Below, in pieces: positions 50,201-63,325 of a stretch of DNA of 64,000 nt; position 1 is the first letter of the stretch; every line of letters starts with the position of its first letter. Position numbers and translations under genes: made by a program. The stretch comes from Paraspadella gotoi (lineage: Eukaryota; Animalia; Chaetognatha), in the NCBI GenBank assembly GCA_051294375.1, contig JBJCIZ010000239.1, forward strand, positions 1,107,678-1,171,677. The letters run 5' to 3'. A model generated the notes under the pieces. It saw only the letters and a program-made list of their open reading frames with translations. It had not been told where the DNA came from and did not search any database.

Positions 50201-53200
50201 CTAGACGGGTACGGGACGAGAGAGGGCGTGCCTGAGCGAAGCCGCCGAGAAATCGGTAATGGCGGTCGGCTGATCAATTCCACGTCGGTTCACGTGTTTT
50301 TGGTCGCCGCAGCGCGCCCTCGACTCAACGGGATCAATCAGAGGATAAACAAGATCTCGCCTTTTAGGGACGAACGAGACGAAATAAACCGGAGAGGAAT
50401 CCGTCCACTGCTCAATCCCGATCAGAGAAATCCGAAGGTCGTCCGACGCAGTTCGTGGAACGGAAAATCGGGAAATTCCGAAAAATATCACGTGACGTTT
50501 CGTGCTTCCACCCTCCGCGGCGACGGACGGGAAAAAGCGGAGAAGTGACCGGTGGCGACGAAGGAAGATATTCCGGACAAGGTTCCCAAGTTTGGAGTTT
50601 GTGGGAAGTGTTGGATTCGGTTCCATCGCGTCACTGGGAGCCGTTCGCGATGTTGGTCAATGGGATGCTCGTCAATTAACGCTTAATCACGAAGGAAGAC
50701 CGGAATGGGACCTCCATCGCGTCAAGGGTCAGTTTAGTCCGGCGTAAAACGGTCACGTGATCGAGTTGGAGGAACTCCAAACCGGAAACGGAGCTACACC
50801 TCTCCGTCGGCGCAGCAACATCGGAGAGGGGACGTAAGATGACACCTCGTTGAAAATCGGAGTGTGGCCGCCCGAAGCCCCGCAGGCGCCGAGAATCTGG
50901 CCATCAGCGGAACATCACGGCCGACTCGGGTTGCCTAGCAATACAAGCGGGATTCAATGGGAAGACCTCCATCACAAGTGGATCGTGGAAGGATCGTCGA
51001 CTTAAAGGAAGATCAAATTTATCGAATGATTGGGAGACGATCTTCGATAGCGACGGACTTAACATCGTCGATTCCTTCAGGATTCGGGATTGAAAACCCT
51101 ACACTTGGTACTAACTCCGAGGTGGTCAAAAGAAAACATCATGGCCGCAGCGGGCAGTACTTCAAGACCCACTCGGAGATTCCCAAACGTTGCAATCGGG
51201 CTCACGCGGGAGCTCCGGAAAATGTGATCATCCGGGCGATGAACGCGACGGCGTTGCGAGGTCACTTGGAACCCCGATTGATACCGACGATTACTGGAAC
51301 GGACTGCCCGCATGGATACAAGATCCTTTACTAACCCGGAGGTCACCTCAAAGACGACCGAACACGATCACGATTCTCATCTTGAGAGATCCCAAGATCA
51401 ATATCAGTGGTGCTCAACACTTCACACATTTCACCCTTTACAACGTCAAGATGTCAGCCTTCAACGACTATGTCATTCCTCGTTTCAAGTTCGTCCGGCT
51501 CCGTTTGACGATGATCACTTCCGGACTCCGGACCTGAAGATGTAAGGCGTCCACGGGAGAAAAACTCCGCACCCAAATTGATGTGTTCTGGGGCCCAAAA
51601 AAACCGCGGGGGGGTGTTCCCCGGCCGGTCTCGCCATGGAATGCTTCTCGGCTTCAAGATTCGCGTCGAAAGAGGGATTGAAACCGGAAAGAATGGAGAA
51701 GAGGGCCTGTTATGGAGAAAGGAACCGGAATGCGTGGAGACGATCTTCCTCGTCGTGATCGTCCCAGCAACAGCGACGCGATTTAAAAGACTCGACGGAC
51801 TCAAAAATACAGCGACTTCTCCATCAGAATCTCGCCTTCAACGAGGATGGAGAGGGAGTCGCCAGCCCCGGCTGTTCATCGCCCCAGCAACTGGGGAAAG
51901 CATCCCGGGCGTCGTGTCCCAACGTCCGTTTTCCCCACGTGACCTTTGATGAGGCCGAAGTTGACCGTGGGACACTCCCTCGAACCCCATGGCATCATTT
52001 TGGGCTCCAGGTATAACCACCGTGGCTGCATTAGGGTGAAGCCTCTACATAACCGCGCGACCTGTTTGTCGTCACCGTCCTCACAAACGATACCACCACA
52101 AAGTACGAAGTTAAAAAAGGATTGGAGAGAGAAAGTATTACTACTGTTGTCATCAGAGCCAAGACCCGCCTCGGTTGTGGGCGAACCCAAGAAGCTTCTA
52201 GTCTACACGAGTCGCAATCGACGAATCGCCGAACCCCTGGTGACCAGCATCGGAGAGGGGTCAGGTTGGAAGCGACCTTCGGTGACAATGAAATTGGAAC
52301 CTGGAGAAGAACGGATACGCGCCGAATTCGGATATTTCACCATTAGTAACAATTTGGGGCGGGAGCGGGATTGGCTGGGGAGAAAGGAGAAGAGGAAGAG
52401 GAGGAGAAAAAGATGGAACCTGAAACAGATGACAAAACGACTGACGAAAGACGAGGACGAGTCCTGCGTCGGAATGGAAACCCGTCGGCGCTTCATCGAT
52501 CCTTAAAGACTTCCTTCGACCCAAGGACTCCGCCCGCACAATCGTATTGTGACGGAATATCGGTTCGAGTCTCCGGACCAAACGCGTCGGGACTCGGCCT
52601 TCAGCGCGCCTTCCATGCCGTCATAACTCTAAACCGCTTCCAGAGGCCGCCCCGGCATCGTAGAGTTGTTCCCATCAAAGAAGACGTGTTCAGGTCGCCC
52701 TGGTCGATCCTCCAAAGGACACGTGGACGGGCCGCAGGTTGCTCGGCTACGTCGCTCGATACAGACAGATCTCCAAATCTTCGTGGCAGGAAAAACATAT
52801 CAGACGTCTCCATCCCGACGCGCTCGCCGCAGCGGCGGACGCTGGACCTCGAAAATCTAGTCAAGAATCAACGATACGAGGTTAAGTCTTCGCTTATATA
52901 ACATTCACGGTCGGACGAGCCAGTCCGCGTTCCGCGTCGTGGATTGTGGGCGTGGCCATTCCATCCGGCGCTCCTCGAGATTTAACGCATCGCCTTTCTT
53001 CACGGAAGTCACGTCACGTGGGGGCGCCAATAAAAAAGCGACGTCCAACGGAAATCCTCTTGGATACAAATTATTCATGTGGCGTCCCGATACGAACTGG
53101 CGAGCATTGGCGCCAAGATGCGCGTCGTCGGCTACAAAACTACTCTCTCCTCTTAGCCAACTCAGCGATACACTACTTATCATTTAAGATCCTCGCCTAC

Positions 53201-54389
53201 AACAGCGCCGGCGATGGAAGAATTCCACGCCGGTCGATCGTCAGACTCATCAGGACTTAACCTTGGACGCCGGAATCGGCGTTTTTTTTTCTCCAACCTC
53301 ACCCTCGGGCTCGGTCCGCGTCAATTGGGGCGCGCCGGGGGATCCCAACGGCGGTCGTCCTTCGGTACGAAGTCGTCTTACGACGACGAGGCGCCGGACG
53401 ACGGCGTCAGCAAAACCGTGCGGGTCCAAGTCCGCGCCAAAGACGCGTCAAAAGATCGCGAGCTCCGCTACCCCGCCGAGTACGAGTTCAAAGTCCGCGC
53501 CAAGACCCGCGCCGGCTGGGACCCTTTTCCAGCGCTCGGTCGTCGTGGGTCCGCAGCTCAGATCTCCGGCGGCCGTGGAGATCTGCGGCTGGAGGATACG
53601 AAGAACTACCTCGTCATTTCGTGGAATACGGCGACAACGGATTCGCGCCGGTTGGTTCATTTGGAAAAGAAGTCGCGGGACGATCGCGGGCGCGGGGAAG
53701 GATGGACGACCCTGGATACGTGGCCCAAGAAGACTCTCTGCTGGAGAGAGAGCGAGTCAGTGGAAAACGCTCAAGGCGAATTCAGAGTATAAGTTTAGGG
53801 TCATCGCTTATATTACGACGGATACCTCGCGCCACTGTTAAAGGTGAGGGGATTATTTTATTATTTTTTTTTTTAAATATTTTTTAATTTTTTGTTTTCG
53901 TTTTTCCAAATTTATTTTTTTTTTAAATTTCGATGATTAATTATTTGTTTTTCTTTTAATTTTTTTTTTACTTTTTTTCTTTTTCTTTTTTTCTCTTTCT
54001 TTCTTTTCTTTTCTCGCTTTTCGTTTCATTGTCCTTTTTGCCTTTTCTATATTTTATTTTGTGCGTTTTCATGGTTTATTCTCTCTTCGTTACTTCAATT
54101 TGAATTTATAATTTTATTTATTCTATTTCTAATATTCTCTAAAAAAAAACTTTAAATCCCTTTCCTTCCCTATTTTTCCCAGACGCTTCAGCCCGCCGAC
54201 CGATCTCTCCCGGCCACCCACTCCGCACGGCCCACGCCGGTTGGTACAAGGAATGGTGGTTCGCATCACCATGGCGATGGGGGGTTGGTGGTAGTCACGG
54301 TCCTCGTCGCCGCTCTCGTCCGTCGTCGGACGCACAAAGGAACGAAAGAGCGGTGATGGCGCGGCAGAAGGCGCTCCAGCGGGTGGAGC
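45295..54389 (+). other. Indel-riddled copy of sdk intron 3 to exon 7 (duplicate of 54416-62919); probable uncorrected long-read insert
   Basis: Colinear exon copies at about 47678-47807, 48108-48953, 49313-53843 and 54183-54389. Frameshifts occur every few codons. It ends mid-exon at the 25-N gap 54390-54414. Confidence 0.85.
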
Positions 54390-55865
54390 NNNNNNNNNNN
54401 NNNNNNNNNNNNNNCGTCCCCTCGCTTCCTTCAAAAATTTCCCGCACCTCTTAAAAGTTAATTAGTATTAACTAGAATTAACTAGTTCGATTAACAGTCT
54501 AAATTTATAAACCAACTTCCGAATCTGCGCACTGACCTTGCGCTCTTTTTATTCTTTTTATTCTTTTTATTTCGCTTCCGAAATCAAAATAATTTAAAAA
54601 AACTCGACGTTGAACTTTTCCTAATTCTATTTTCAACTCTAAATATTTTTTTTTAAATAAGCTAAATTAAAAAAAACGTAACTAATTATTGAGAATGAAT
54701 ACAAATGAGGAACAAATTCGAAACAACCTTTAAAATATTAAAAAGATAAGTAACTTTTGTTTTGAACAAAAGAGATGCATGGTCAAAATGTGGTTATATA
54801 GAATTCTGTTATTGAAATTTAATAAAAAAATATGTTAGATAATACTCGATAATTAAGGAATACCGAGCCGACGAATCATTAATGCGAAAGATTAATTAAA
54901 TTTTAAAAAAAGATGCTTAAAAAAACGTTAAGACGCATTATTAAAACTCTCTCTCTCTCTCTCCTCTCTCTCTGTCTCATCTCTCTCGAAGCTGCTCTCT
55001 CTCTCTCTCATCTGCATCTCTCTCCTCTCTGCATTCTCTCTCGTCTCTCTCTCTGAACACTTTTACGATTCAATCAAAACATTAAGAAAGTTTCTCGAGG
55101 CGAGAAGCGAAGCCCCGTTAATCGAAGAGAGACAATCATGATTCTCCTCGGAACAATTAACCATAAATTTTTTTTTCCGCCAAGACAAAAAAAAAAGGTG
55201 GCCTTTTATTTGAGAAGGGGCCAAGGATGGCCTCATGATGGCCCCTAAATTTTGGGGCGGTGCCGTCACGTCATCCGCGGTCGATCGTGTTCTTCCTTTT
55301 CTTTTTGGAAAATGAGTCAGATGTGGAATAAAAGGGGGAAAAAAAGGAATATAAAGGAAGAGGTTAAGAAGAAAAAAAAATACTGGGCGTTAACTTTACG
55401 ATAGTTAAAAGAAAAAGATTTATCTATTTTTCTCGCTATCCCTTTTTTTTTTATTATTAAGTTGACGCCGAAAAAAAGGGGGAAAAAAGAGAGATGATCT
55501 CTAAACAATAATTCCTTCGCGTGACGAACTTGTTGAGGGGAAAAAAATAATAAGCTTTAACCTCAGAAGAATTTCATTACGAAAGCGTTTTTTTTTTTGT
55601 TTTAATTCGGGATGAGAAAGGAAGCTTCATTCTTTCAGCCCAAAAATCATGCTAACCCAAGGCCAATAACCGGCCCTAAACAGACTAAGCCCTAACCCCT
55701 ACTAGATCCAGTTTAAACCAAGGCCAAACCTGGAACAAATGCCCCAATATTTTTGCCCCTACTCGGTGTTTTTCTTTCGGAGCCAAAGAAAAACACAAAA
55801 AAATTCGACGTTACAATCTGGATATGAGAGAGAGAGAGAGAGAGAAGAGAGAGAGAAGAGAGAGA

Positions 55866-55899
<34 letters not shown>

Positions 55900-56334
55900 C
55901 TCTTTAGGGTATTTCTCCGGCCCGCACACATGCACGCAGACATGCAAAGCGGGACAGAGAAAGAGAAAGCCGCTTTTGTGTCTACGGATCCAGAAAACGA
56001 TAGAAGATTTAAACTGGCGCGACGAGAGAGAGAGAGAGAGAGAGAGAGGGTAAGGCCCATGGGGTTCCATGGGGGTCAGAAAGACAAAGGGTCTCTTCGA
56101 CGGGTCAAAGATTTCAATCTTTCGAGATCACAATCTAACTCTCGGAAGGAGAAAAACGATTGGATTGAGATGGGAAAAGCGATTTTTGATTGGTATCTGC
56201 TTGCGCGTTGTGCTTGGATTGCTTGGATTTTGGGGACCGAGAATGAAGAGAAAATGAGGCTTAAAAATAAACAGAGGGTCGTAATCCGCTTGCGATATCC
56301 GTCGATTGTTTCTGATGACCCAATAAACTCTAAA

Positions 56335-56393
<59 letters not shown>

Positions 56394-56522
56394 GTGGAAC
56401 CGTCTTCCGGTCCCCGCCGGAACTTGGCGCCGGAAATCGTGATTCGCCGAGATCGGCGACGGCCAAGTCGCGATTCGTCGGTCGCATTCGATTGCGTCAC
56501 CAATGCTCATCCGATCGATATG
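56394..56522 (+). CDS. sdk: Sidekick exon 4 (start of Ig3)
   Basis: (CT)n-cag|VEPSSGPRRNLAPEIVI...DSSVAFDCVTNAHPIDM|GTGAGT, phase 0/0. The middle probably has three compensating 1-bp deletions (would read SPRSATAKVGD). Confidence 0.8.
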
Positions 56523-56814
56523 GTGAGTTTTAACTGACTCGAATTATTTCATTTTATTAAATATATATTTCTGTTCACGAATTTAAAAATGTTTAATTAT
56601 TTTATATAAGTATTAAAATTAATTGTTTATTACTTTATTATTATTTGATTCATATTGCTTTATTTTTCCGTCGATTTTCTTAATTTGTTATTCTCATACT
56701 CTGATTTTCTTTTATTCCGAGACTGAACGATATTTAATTCTGTTTATCAATATTCTAATAATTACTAATAATAATAATAATAACTAATACTAATAATTAC
56801 TTCTTTCCAAAAAG

Positions 56815-57618
56815 GTCCGCGTCAAGTGGCGCAAGAACGGCGTCGAGATTCATCCTTCCTCCAAATTCCTCGTCTCTTCGAAATCGAAATGGCGCCGCCT
56901 CCTCATCGCGAACCCTTCGACGACCGATTCCGGGACGTACTCTTGCGAAGCCTCTCTCTTGGGCTACGACTTCGCCCCCGCGCGTCGCAGCGCCGTCTTG
57001 ACCGTCAACGCCCCGCCCTCCTTCGACGACGTCATCCGTAACCCGCTCGTCTCCTCCGTTCGATTCGGCGACGCCTTGACGGTCAGATGCGGCGCCACCG
57101 GCGCGCCGAGACCGGAAGTCACGTGGTACAAAGACGGCGCGCCTCTGGAGATCACCGAGGACATCGTCGTCGAATCCGACGGCGCCGAGTTGATCCTGCA
57201 GCGCGCCGGCGCCGATAACGCCGGCGTCTATCAATGCTTCGCTTCCAACGTGGCCGGCGTCGCATCCGTCCACACTTACGTCAAAGTCGTGACGGTGGCG
57301 CCGGTTATAGAAACCGCGCCGCCTAAAAACGTTAGCGTCGTGGAGGGAGAGGACGTTATGCTGCCATGCGGCGCCGTGGGAGCGCCGAGGCCGACCATCG
57401 CCTGGCGCCGCGAGGACGGCGCAAGTCTTGGCAACGCCGAGATCCTTCCATCCGGCGCCCTCGTCATCCGCGACGCCGGCGACGCCGACGCCGGTTCTCT
57501 TTGCTGCGAAGCGAAGAATCGTTTCGGCGCCGCGTCTGTCTGCGCTTCCGTCAACGTCGCCGTCAAGACTCGAATCACAGCGCCACCGAAGGACGTCGCC
57601 GTCATCATCTCTCTCAAG
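56815..57618 (+). CDS. sdk: Sidekick exon 5 (rest of Ig3, Ig4, Ig5, start of Ig6)
   Basis: VRVKWRKNG...RRLLIANPSTTDSGTYSCEASLLG..F.PARRSA (Sdk Ig3), CGATGAPRPEVTWYK..AGVYQCFASN (Ig4), LPCGAVGAPRPTIAW (Ig5). Donor AAG|GTGGCG, phase 0. Confidence 0.9.
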
Positions 57619-57940
57619 GTGGCGCCGGATATTTATATTTAAAGATAAATCAATTTTAAACAAATGGTTAACCTTTACGAATGCTAAACAAACGTTAAGC
57701 AAGTACGTTGACCGTATTAGTTTTAATTCACAATATTTTTATTGGCAAAAAAAAAATAATTAAAAAAAAAGATTTTGAAAAATTATGCTTTTTTTAATCT
57801 TTTTTTGCAATATTTGTGTTTTTGTAAGTGGAAAAAAAAGGATATTTTTTTCAAATTTAAAATGAAAAAAAAACATTACAAAATTATACATTCCTAATTT
57901 ACTACAGTACAGAAATCTTACCCAACTTATCTCCATCCAG

Positions 57941-60900
57941 GCGGCGCTCTTCTGCGGCGTCACTCACGACCCGACCGTCGACGTGGACATCAAGTGGACC
58001 TTCGAGGGACGACCCATTCCTTCTTCCGGCGACCGAATTCGCACCGACGCCGACGGCACTCTTCGCATCCGAAGCGTTCGTCATCAGGACGCCGGAACCT
58101 ACTCTTGTCGCGTCGCGTCGGACGGCGGCGACGATCAACGCTCCGCCGTCTTGAGCGTCATTCAACTTCCCTTCGCGCCCACAGGGGTCGGCGCGGAGTT
58201 AGACGCCGGGGATTCGCGTCACGTGATCGTCAAGTGGGCGGCGCCGTTCGATGGAAATTCGCCCGTGAAATCTTACATCGTCCAAGCGCAGTCGGTGGCG
58301 AGATCTTCGAAACAAAAGGACAAGTCCTCCTCTTCTTCGAAATTCCTCCCCGAAGGCCTCCACAACTGGAAGACGGTCGCGACGGACGTTTCCGCCTCCG
58401 AAACTCGACGCCTCCTCGTCAACCTCTCTCCCGCGACTTCCTACAAATTCCGCGTGGCGGCGATCAATCGCGTGGGCGAGGGAGAATTTTCCACGCCCTC
58501 TGGAATCGTGACCATCCCTCAAGAGGCCCCCTCCGAGCCGCCGCGGCTCTGGGCCTCTTCGGCTTCCACCACGACGATCATGGTCGAGTGGCAGCCTCCG
58601 CCCAGCGAAGGATGGAACGGCGTGCTCGCCGGTTTCGTTCTCGAGTACCGTCTGTCGGGATACACGAGTCTGCCGTGGACCTTTGTCAATATCAGCGACC
58701 CGGGTCGGAATCAACATCTCATCGGTGACCTGATGGTGTGGAAACTCTACTCGATCCGCATGGCCGCTTTTAACGGCAAAGGCGTCGGCGTCTACTCGCC
58801 CGTTCTGACGGTACGGACGAGAGAGGGCGTGCCTGAGGAGCCGCCGAGAAACGTCATGGCGTCGGTGATCAATTCCACGTCGGTTCACGTGTTTTGGTCG
58901 CCGCCGCCGCGACCCTCGATCAACGGGATCAATCAGGGATACAAGATACTCGCCTTTCGGGACGACGACGACGAAAATAAACCGGAGAGGATCGTCCACG
59001 CTCATCCCGATCAGAGAAATCCCGAAGGTCGTCACGACGCAGTCGTGAACGGACTCGGGAAATTCGAAAAATATCACGTGACCGTTCTCTGCTTCACCTC
59101 CGCCGGCGACGGACGAAAAGCGGAGAAAGTGCCGGTGGCGACGAAGGAAGATATTCCGGACAAGGTCGCCAAGTTGGAGTTTGTGGAAGTGTTGGATCGT
59201 TCCATCGCCGTCCACTGGGAGCCGCCGATGTTGGTCAATGGGATCCTCATCAATTACGCTCTTTATCACGAGGAAACCGGAAGGACCTCGACTCGCGTCA
59301 AGGTCAGTTTGAGTCCGGACGTAACCGGTCACGTGATCGAGGGACTCAAACCGGAAACGAGCTACACCATCTCCGTCGCCGCAGCCACCATCATCGGAGA
59401 GGGACCGAAGATGACATCCTCCGTTGAATCGGGTGTGCCGCCCGAAGCCCCGCAGCCGCCCGAGAATCTGGCCATCAGCGACATCACGGCCGACTCGGCG
59501 TTGCTGCAATACAACGCGGGATTCAATGGGAAGACCTCCATCACCAAGTGGATCGTGGAAGGGATCGTCGACTTCAAGGAAGATCAAATTTATCGCAATG
59601 ATTGGAGGACGATCTTCGAAGCGACGGACTTGAACATCGTCGATTCCTTCAGGATTCGGGGATTGAAACCCTACACTTGGTACCAACTCCGAGTGGTCAA
59701 AGAAAACATCATGGGCCGCAGCGGTCCTTCAAGACCCACTCGGAGATTCCAAACGTTGCAATCGGCTCCGCGAGGAGCTCCGGAAAATGTGATCATCCGG
59801 GCGATGAACGCGACGGCGTTGCGAGTCACTTGGACGCCGTTGCCCGACGATCACTGGAACGGATCGCCCGCTGGATACAAGATCCTTTACTACCCGGAGG
59901 TCACCTTCAAAGACGACCCAACCACCGATCACATTCTCATCTTGAGAGATCCCAACGTCAATACAGTGGTGCTCAACCACCTTCACCAATTCACCCTTTA
60001 CAACGTCAAGATGTCAGCCTTCAACGACTATGGTCATTCCTCGTTTCAATTCGTCGGCTCCCAGTTGACGATGGAATCCACTCCGGACTCCGGACCTGAA
60101 GATGTAAAGGCCGTCACGGGAGAAAACTCCGCCACCCAAATTGATGTGTCTTGGGGCAACGTGCCCCGCGGTCTCGCCAATGGAATCATTCTCGGCTTCA
60201 AGATTCGCGTCGAAGCGATGAAACCGGAAAGATGGAGAAGAAGGGCTGTTATGGAGAAAGGAACCGATGCTGGAGACGATCTCCTCGTCGTGATCGTCCC
60301 CAGCAACAGCACGCGATTTAAAAGACTCGATGGACTCAAAAAATACACGACTTACTCCATCAGAATCTCCGCCTTCACGAGGATGGGAGAGGGAGTCGCC
60401 AGCCCGGCTGTTCACGCCCGCACTGGGGAAAGCACTCCCGGCGCCGTGTCCAACGTCCGTTTTCCCCACGTGACCTTTGATGAGGCCGAAGTGACCTGGG
60501 AACCTCCCCTCGAACCCAATGGCATCATTTTGGGCTACCAGGTCAAACACTGGCTGCATAGAGGTGAAGCCTCTACCATAACCGCGCGACCTGTTGTGTC
60601 ACCGGTCCTCACAAACGATACCACAAAGTACGAAGTTAAAAAAGGATTGGAGAGAGAAAAGTATTACTACTTTGTCATCAGAGCCAAGACCCGCCTCGGT
60701 TGGGGCGAACCCAAGAAGCTTCTAGTCTACACGGTCGCCAATCGACGAATCGCCGAACCCCCTGGTCGACCAAGCATCGGAGAGGGTCAGGTGGAAGCGA
60801 CTTCGGTGACAATGAATTGGAACCCTGGAGACGATGGATACGCGCCGATTCGATATTTCACCATTCAGCAACAATTGGGCGGGAGACCGGGATTGGCTGG

Positions 60901-62381
60901 GAGAAAGGAGAAGAGGAAGAGGAGGAGAAAAAGATGGAACCTGGAAAAAGATGACAAAACGACTGAGAAAGACGACGAGGAAGAGTCCTGGTCGGAATGG
61001 AAACCCGTCGGCGGCTTCATCGATCCTTCAAAGACTTCCTTCACCCTCCAAGGACTCCGCCCGCACACGGAATATCGGTTCCGAGTCTCCGCGACCAACG
61101 ACGTCGGGACGTCGGCCTTCAGCGCGCCTTCCAATGCCGTCATAACTCTAACCGCTTCTCCAGAGGCCGCCCCGGAATCGGTTAGAGTTGTTCCCATCAA
61201 AGAAGACGTGGTTCAGGTCGCCTGGTCCGATCCTCCAAAGGACACGTGGAACGGGCCGCAGTTGCTCGGCTACGTCGCTCGATACAGACAGATCTCCAAT
61301 CCTTCGTGGCAGGAAAAACTATATCAGCGTCTCATCTCCGACGCGTCGCCGCAGCGGCGGACGCTGGACCTCGAAAATCTAGTCAAGAATCAACGATACG
61401 AGGTTCAAGTCTTCGCTTATAACATTCAGGGTCCCGGACGAGCCAGTCCCGTCCGCGTCGTGGATGTGGGCGTGGCCATTCCATCCGGCGCTCCTCGAGA
61501 CTTTAACGCCATCGCCCTTTCTTCCACGGAAGTCAACGTCACGTGGGCGGCGCCATTAAAAAGCGACGTCAACGGAAACCTCTTGGGATACAAATTATTC
61601 ATGTGGCGCCGGAACGAAACTGGCGGAGTCATTGGCGCCAAGATGCGCGTCGTCGGCTACAAACATACTCATCTCCTCTTAGCCAACCTCAGCGAATACA
61701 CTACTTATCATTTTAAGATCCTCGCCTACAACAGCGCCGGCGATGGAAAGAATTCCACGCCGTCGATCGTCACGACTCATCAGGACTTACCTTCGGCGCC
61801 GGACGGCGTCTTTTTCTCCAACCTCACCCTCGGCTCGGTCCGCGTCAATTGGGGCGCGCCGGGGGATCCCAACGGCGTCGTCCTCGGCTACGAAGTCGTC
61901 TACGAAGACGAGGCGCCGGACGACGGCGTCAGCAAAACCGTGCGGGTCCAAGTCCCCGGCGCCAAGACGCGTCAAAAGATCCGCGAGCTCCGCTACCGCG
62001 CCGAGTACGAGTTCAAAGTCCGCGCCAAGACCCGCGCCGGCTGGGGACCCTTTTCCAGCGCCTCGGTCGTCGTGGGTCCGCAGCTCAGATCTCCGGCGGC
62101 CGTGGAGAATCTCCGGCTGGAGGATACGAAGAACTACCTCGTGATTTCGTGGGAATACGGCGACAACGGATTCGCGCCGGTTGGGTTCATTTTGGAAAAG
62201 AAATCGAGAGACGATCGCGGCGCCGGGGAAGGATGGGATCGACCCTGGGAATACGTGGCCCAAGAAGACTCTCTGCTGGAGAGAGAGCGAGTCAGTTGGA
62301 AAACGCTCAAGGCGAATTCAGAGTATAAGTTTAGGGTCATCGCTTATAATTACGACGGACCCTCGCTGCCCACTGTTACAG
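57941..62381 (+). CDS. sdk: Sidekick exon 6: most of Ig6 plus all 13 FN3 domains (4,441 bp)
   Basis: ccatccag|AALFCGVTHDP in frame with the 1479-aa ORF. I counted 13 FN3 repeats, with Sdk hallmarks PFDGNSP, RTREGVP, NGINQGYK, SGVPPE, GKTSITKW, KTRLGWGE, ATNDVG.S. Donor G|GTGAGG, phase 1. Confidence 0.95.
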
Positions 62382-62706
62382 GTGAGGGGATTATTTTATT
62401 ATTTTTTTTTTTAAATCATTAATTTTTTGTTTTTCGTTTTCCAAATTTATGTTTTTTTTTTAAATTTCGATGATTAATTATTTGTTTTTCTTTTTAATTT
62501 TTTCTTTTTCTATTTCTTTTTCTATTTCTCGCTTTTCGTTTCATTGTCTTTTTTTTCCTTTTCTTTTTTTTATTTTGTGCGTTTTCATGGTTTTATTCTT
62601 TCTTTCGTTACTTCAATTTTGATTTATATATTTTATTTATTATATTTTCTGAATATTTCTTAAAACAAAAAAAATTTTAAATCCCTTTCTTCCCTATTTT
62701 TCCCAG

Positions 62707-63011
62707 ACGTCTTCAGCCCGCCAACCGATCTCATCCCGGCCAACCCACTCCGCACGGCCCACGCCGGTTGGTACAAGGAATGGTGGTTCCGCATCACCAT
62801 GGCGATGGGGGCGTTGGTGGTAGTCACGGTCCTCGTCGCCGCTCTCGTCGTCGTCGGACGCAACAAGCGAACGAAAGATGCGGTGCTGGCGCGGCAGAAG
62901 GCGCTCCAGCGGGTGGAGCACGTCCGGGCCAATGGGCTCGTCAATCCGGGCGTCGACGGCGAAGACGACGGGATAGGCAACGGAGGTTTCGCCACTTGCG
63001 ACACGAAAAAG
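62707..63011 (+). CDS. sdk: Sidekick exon 7: juxtamembrane, transmembrane helix, start of cytoplasmic tail
   Basis: Phase-1 join gives DVFSPP...WYKEWWFRITMAMGALVVVTVLVAALVVVGRNKR (cf. Sdk FYEEWWF + TM). Donor AAG|GTGAGG. Confidence 0.9.
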
Positions 63012-63325
63012 GTGAGGAAGCGGCTTTAAACGTGGATTCTTGATACTTTCGCTTGATAACGTGACGAGCATTAGTTTTAGTTTTGATTAATTTCGTTCAT
63101 CGCCGAGTCGATTCATTCGTTCATACATTTTTTTTCCCTTTATTTTATTTATTCATTCATTAAGTCATCCTTTCATAATTAGTTTATTCATTCAGTTTTA
63201 AGACGCTTTCAAAGTTCCGTTTTCTCATTTTCCGTTAATCATTCGGGGAAATTAAACGTAAATTTCTTTATTCAATCATTCTTTCGTTCATACATTCCCT
63301 TCCGCCCCCCCTTTCCAAACTTCAG

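Noticed and set aside
48051-53887. Many short ORFs as separate genes or a genuine sdk paralog/pseudogene
   Set aside because: All are frameshifted pieces of the duplicate of exons 5-6; the error pattern and gap context favour an uncorrected read.
56797-59686. Long antisense ORFs (301 aa and 495 aa)
   Set aside because: Shadow frames of the GC3-rich sdk coding strand; no independent protein features.
57941-62381. Dscam, Robo or receptor-PTP identity for the large ORF
   Set aside because: 6 Ig + 13 consecutive FN3, a Cys-less Ig2, the EWWF-TM junction and the tail motif fit Sidekick; no phosphatase domain or Dscam layout is seen.
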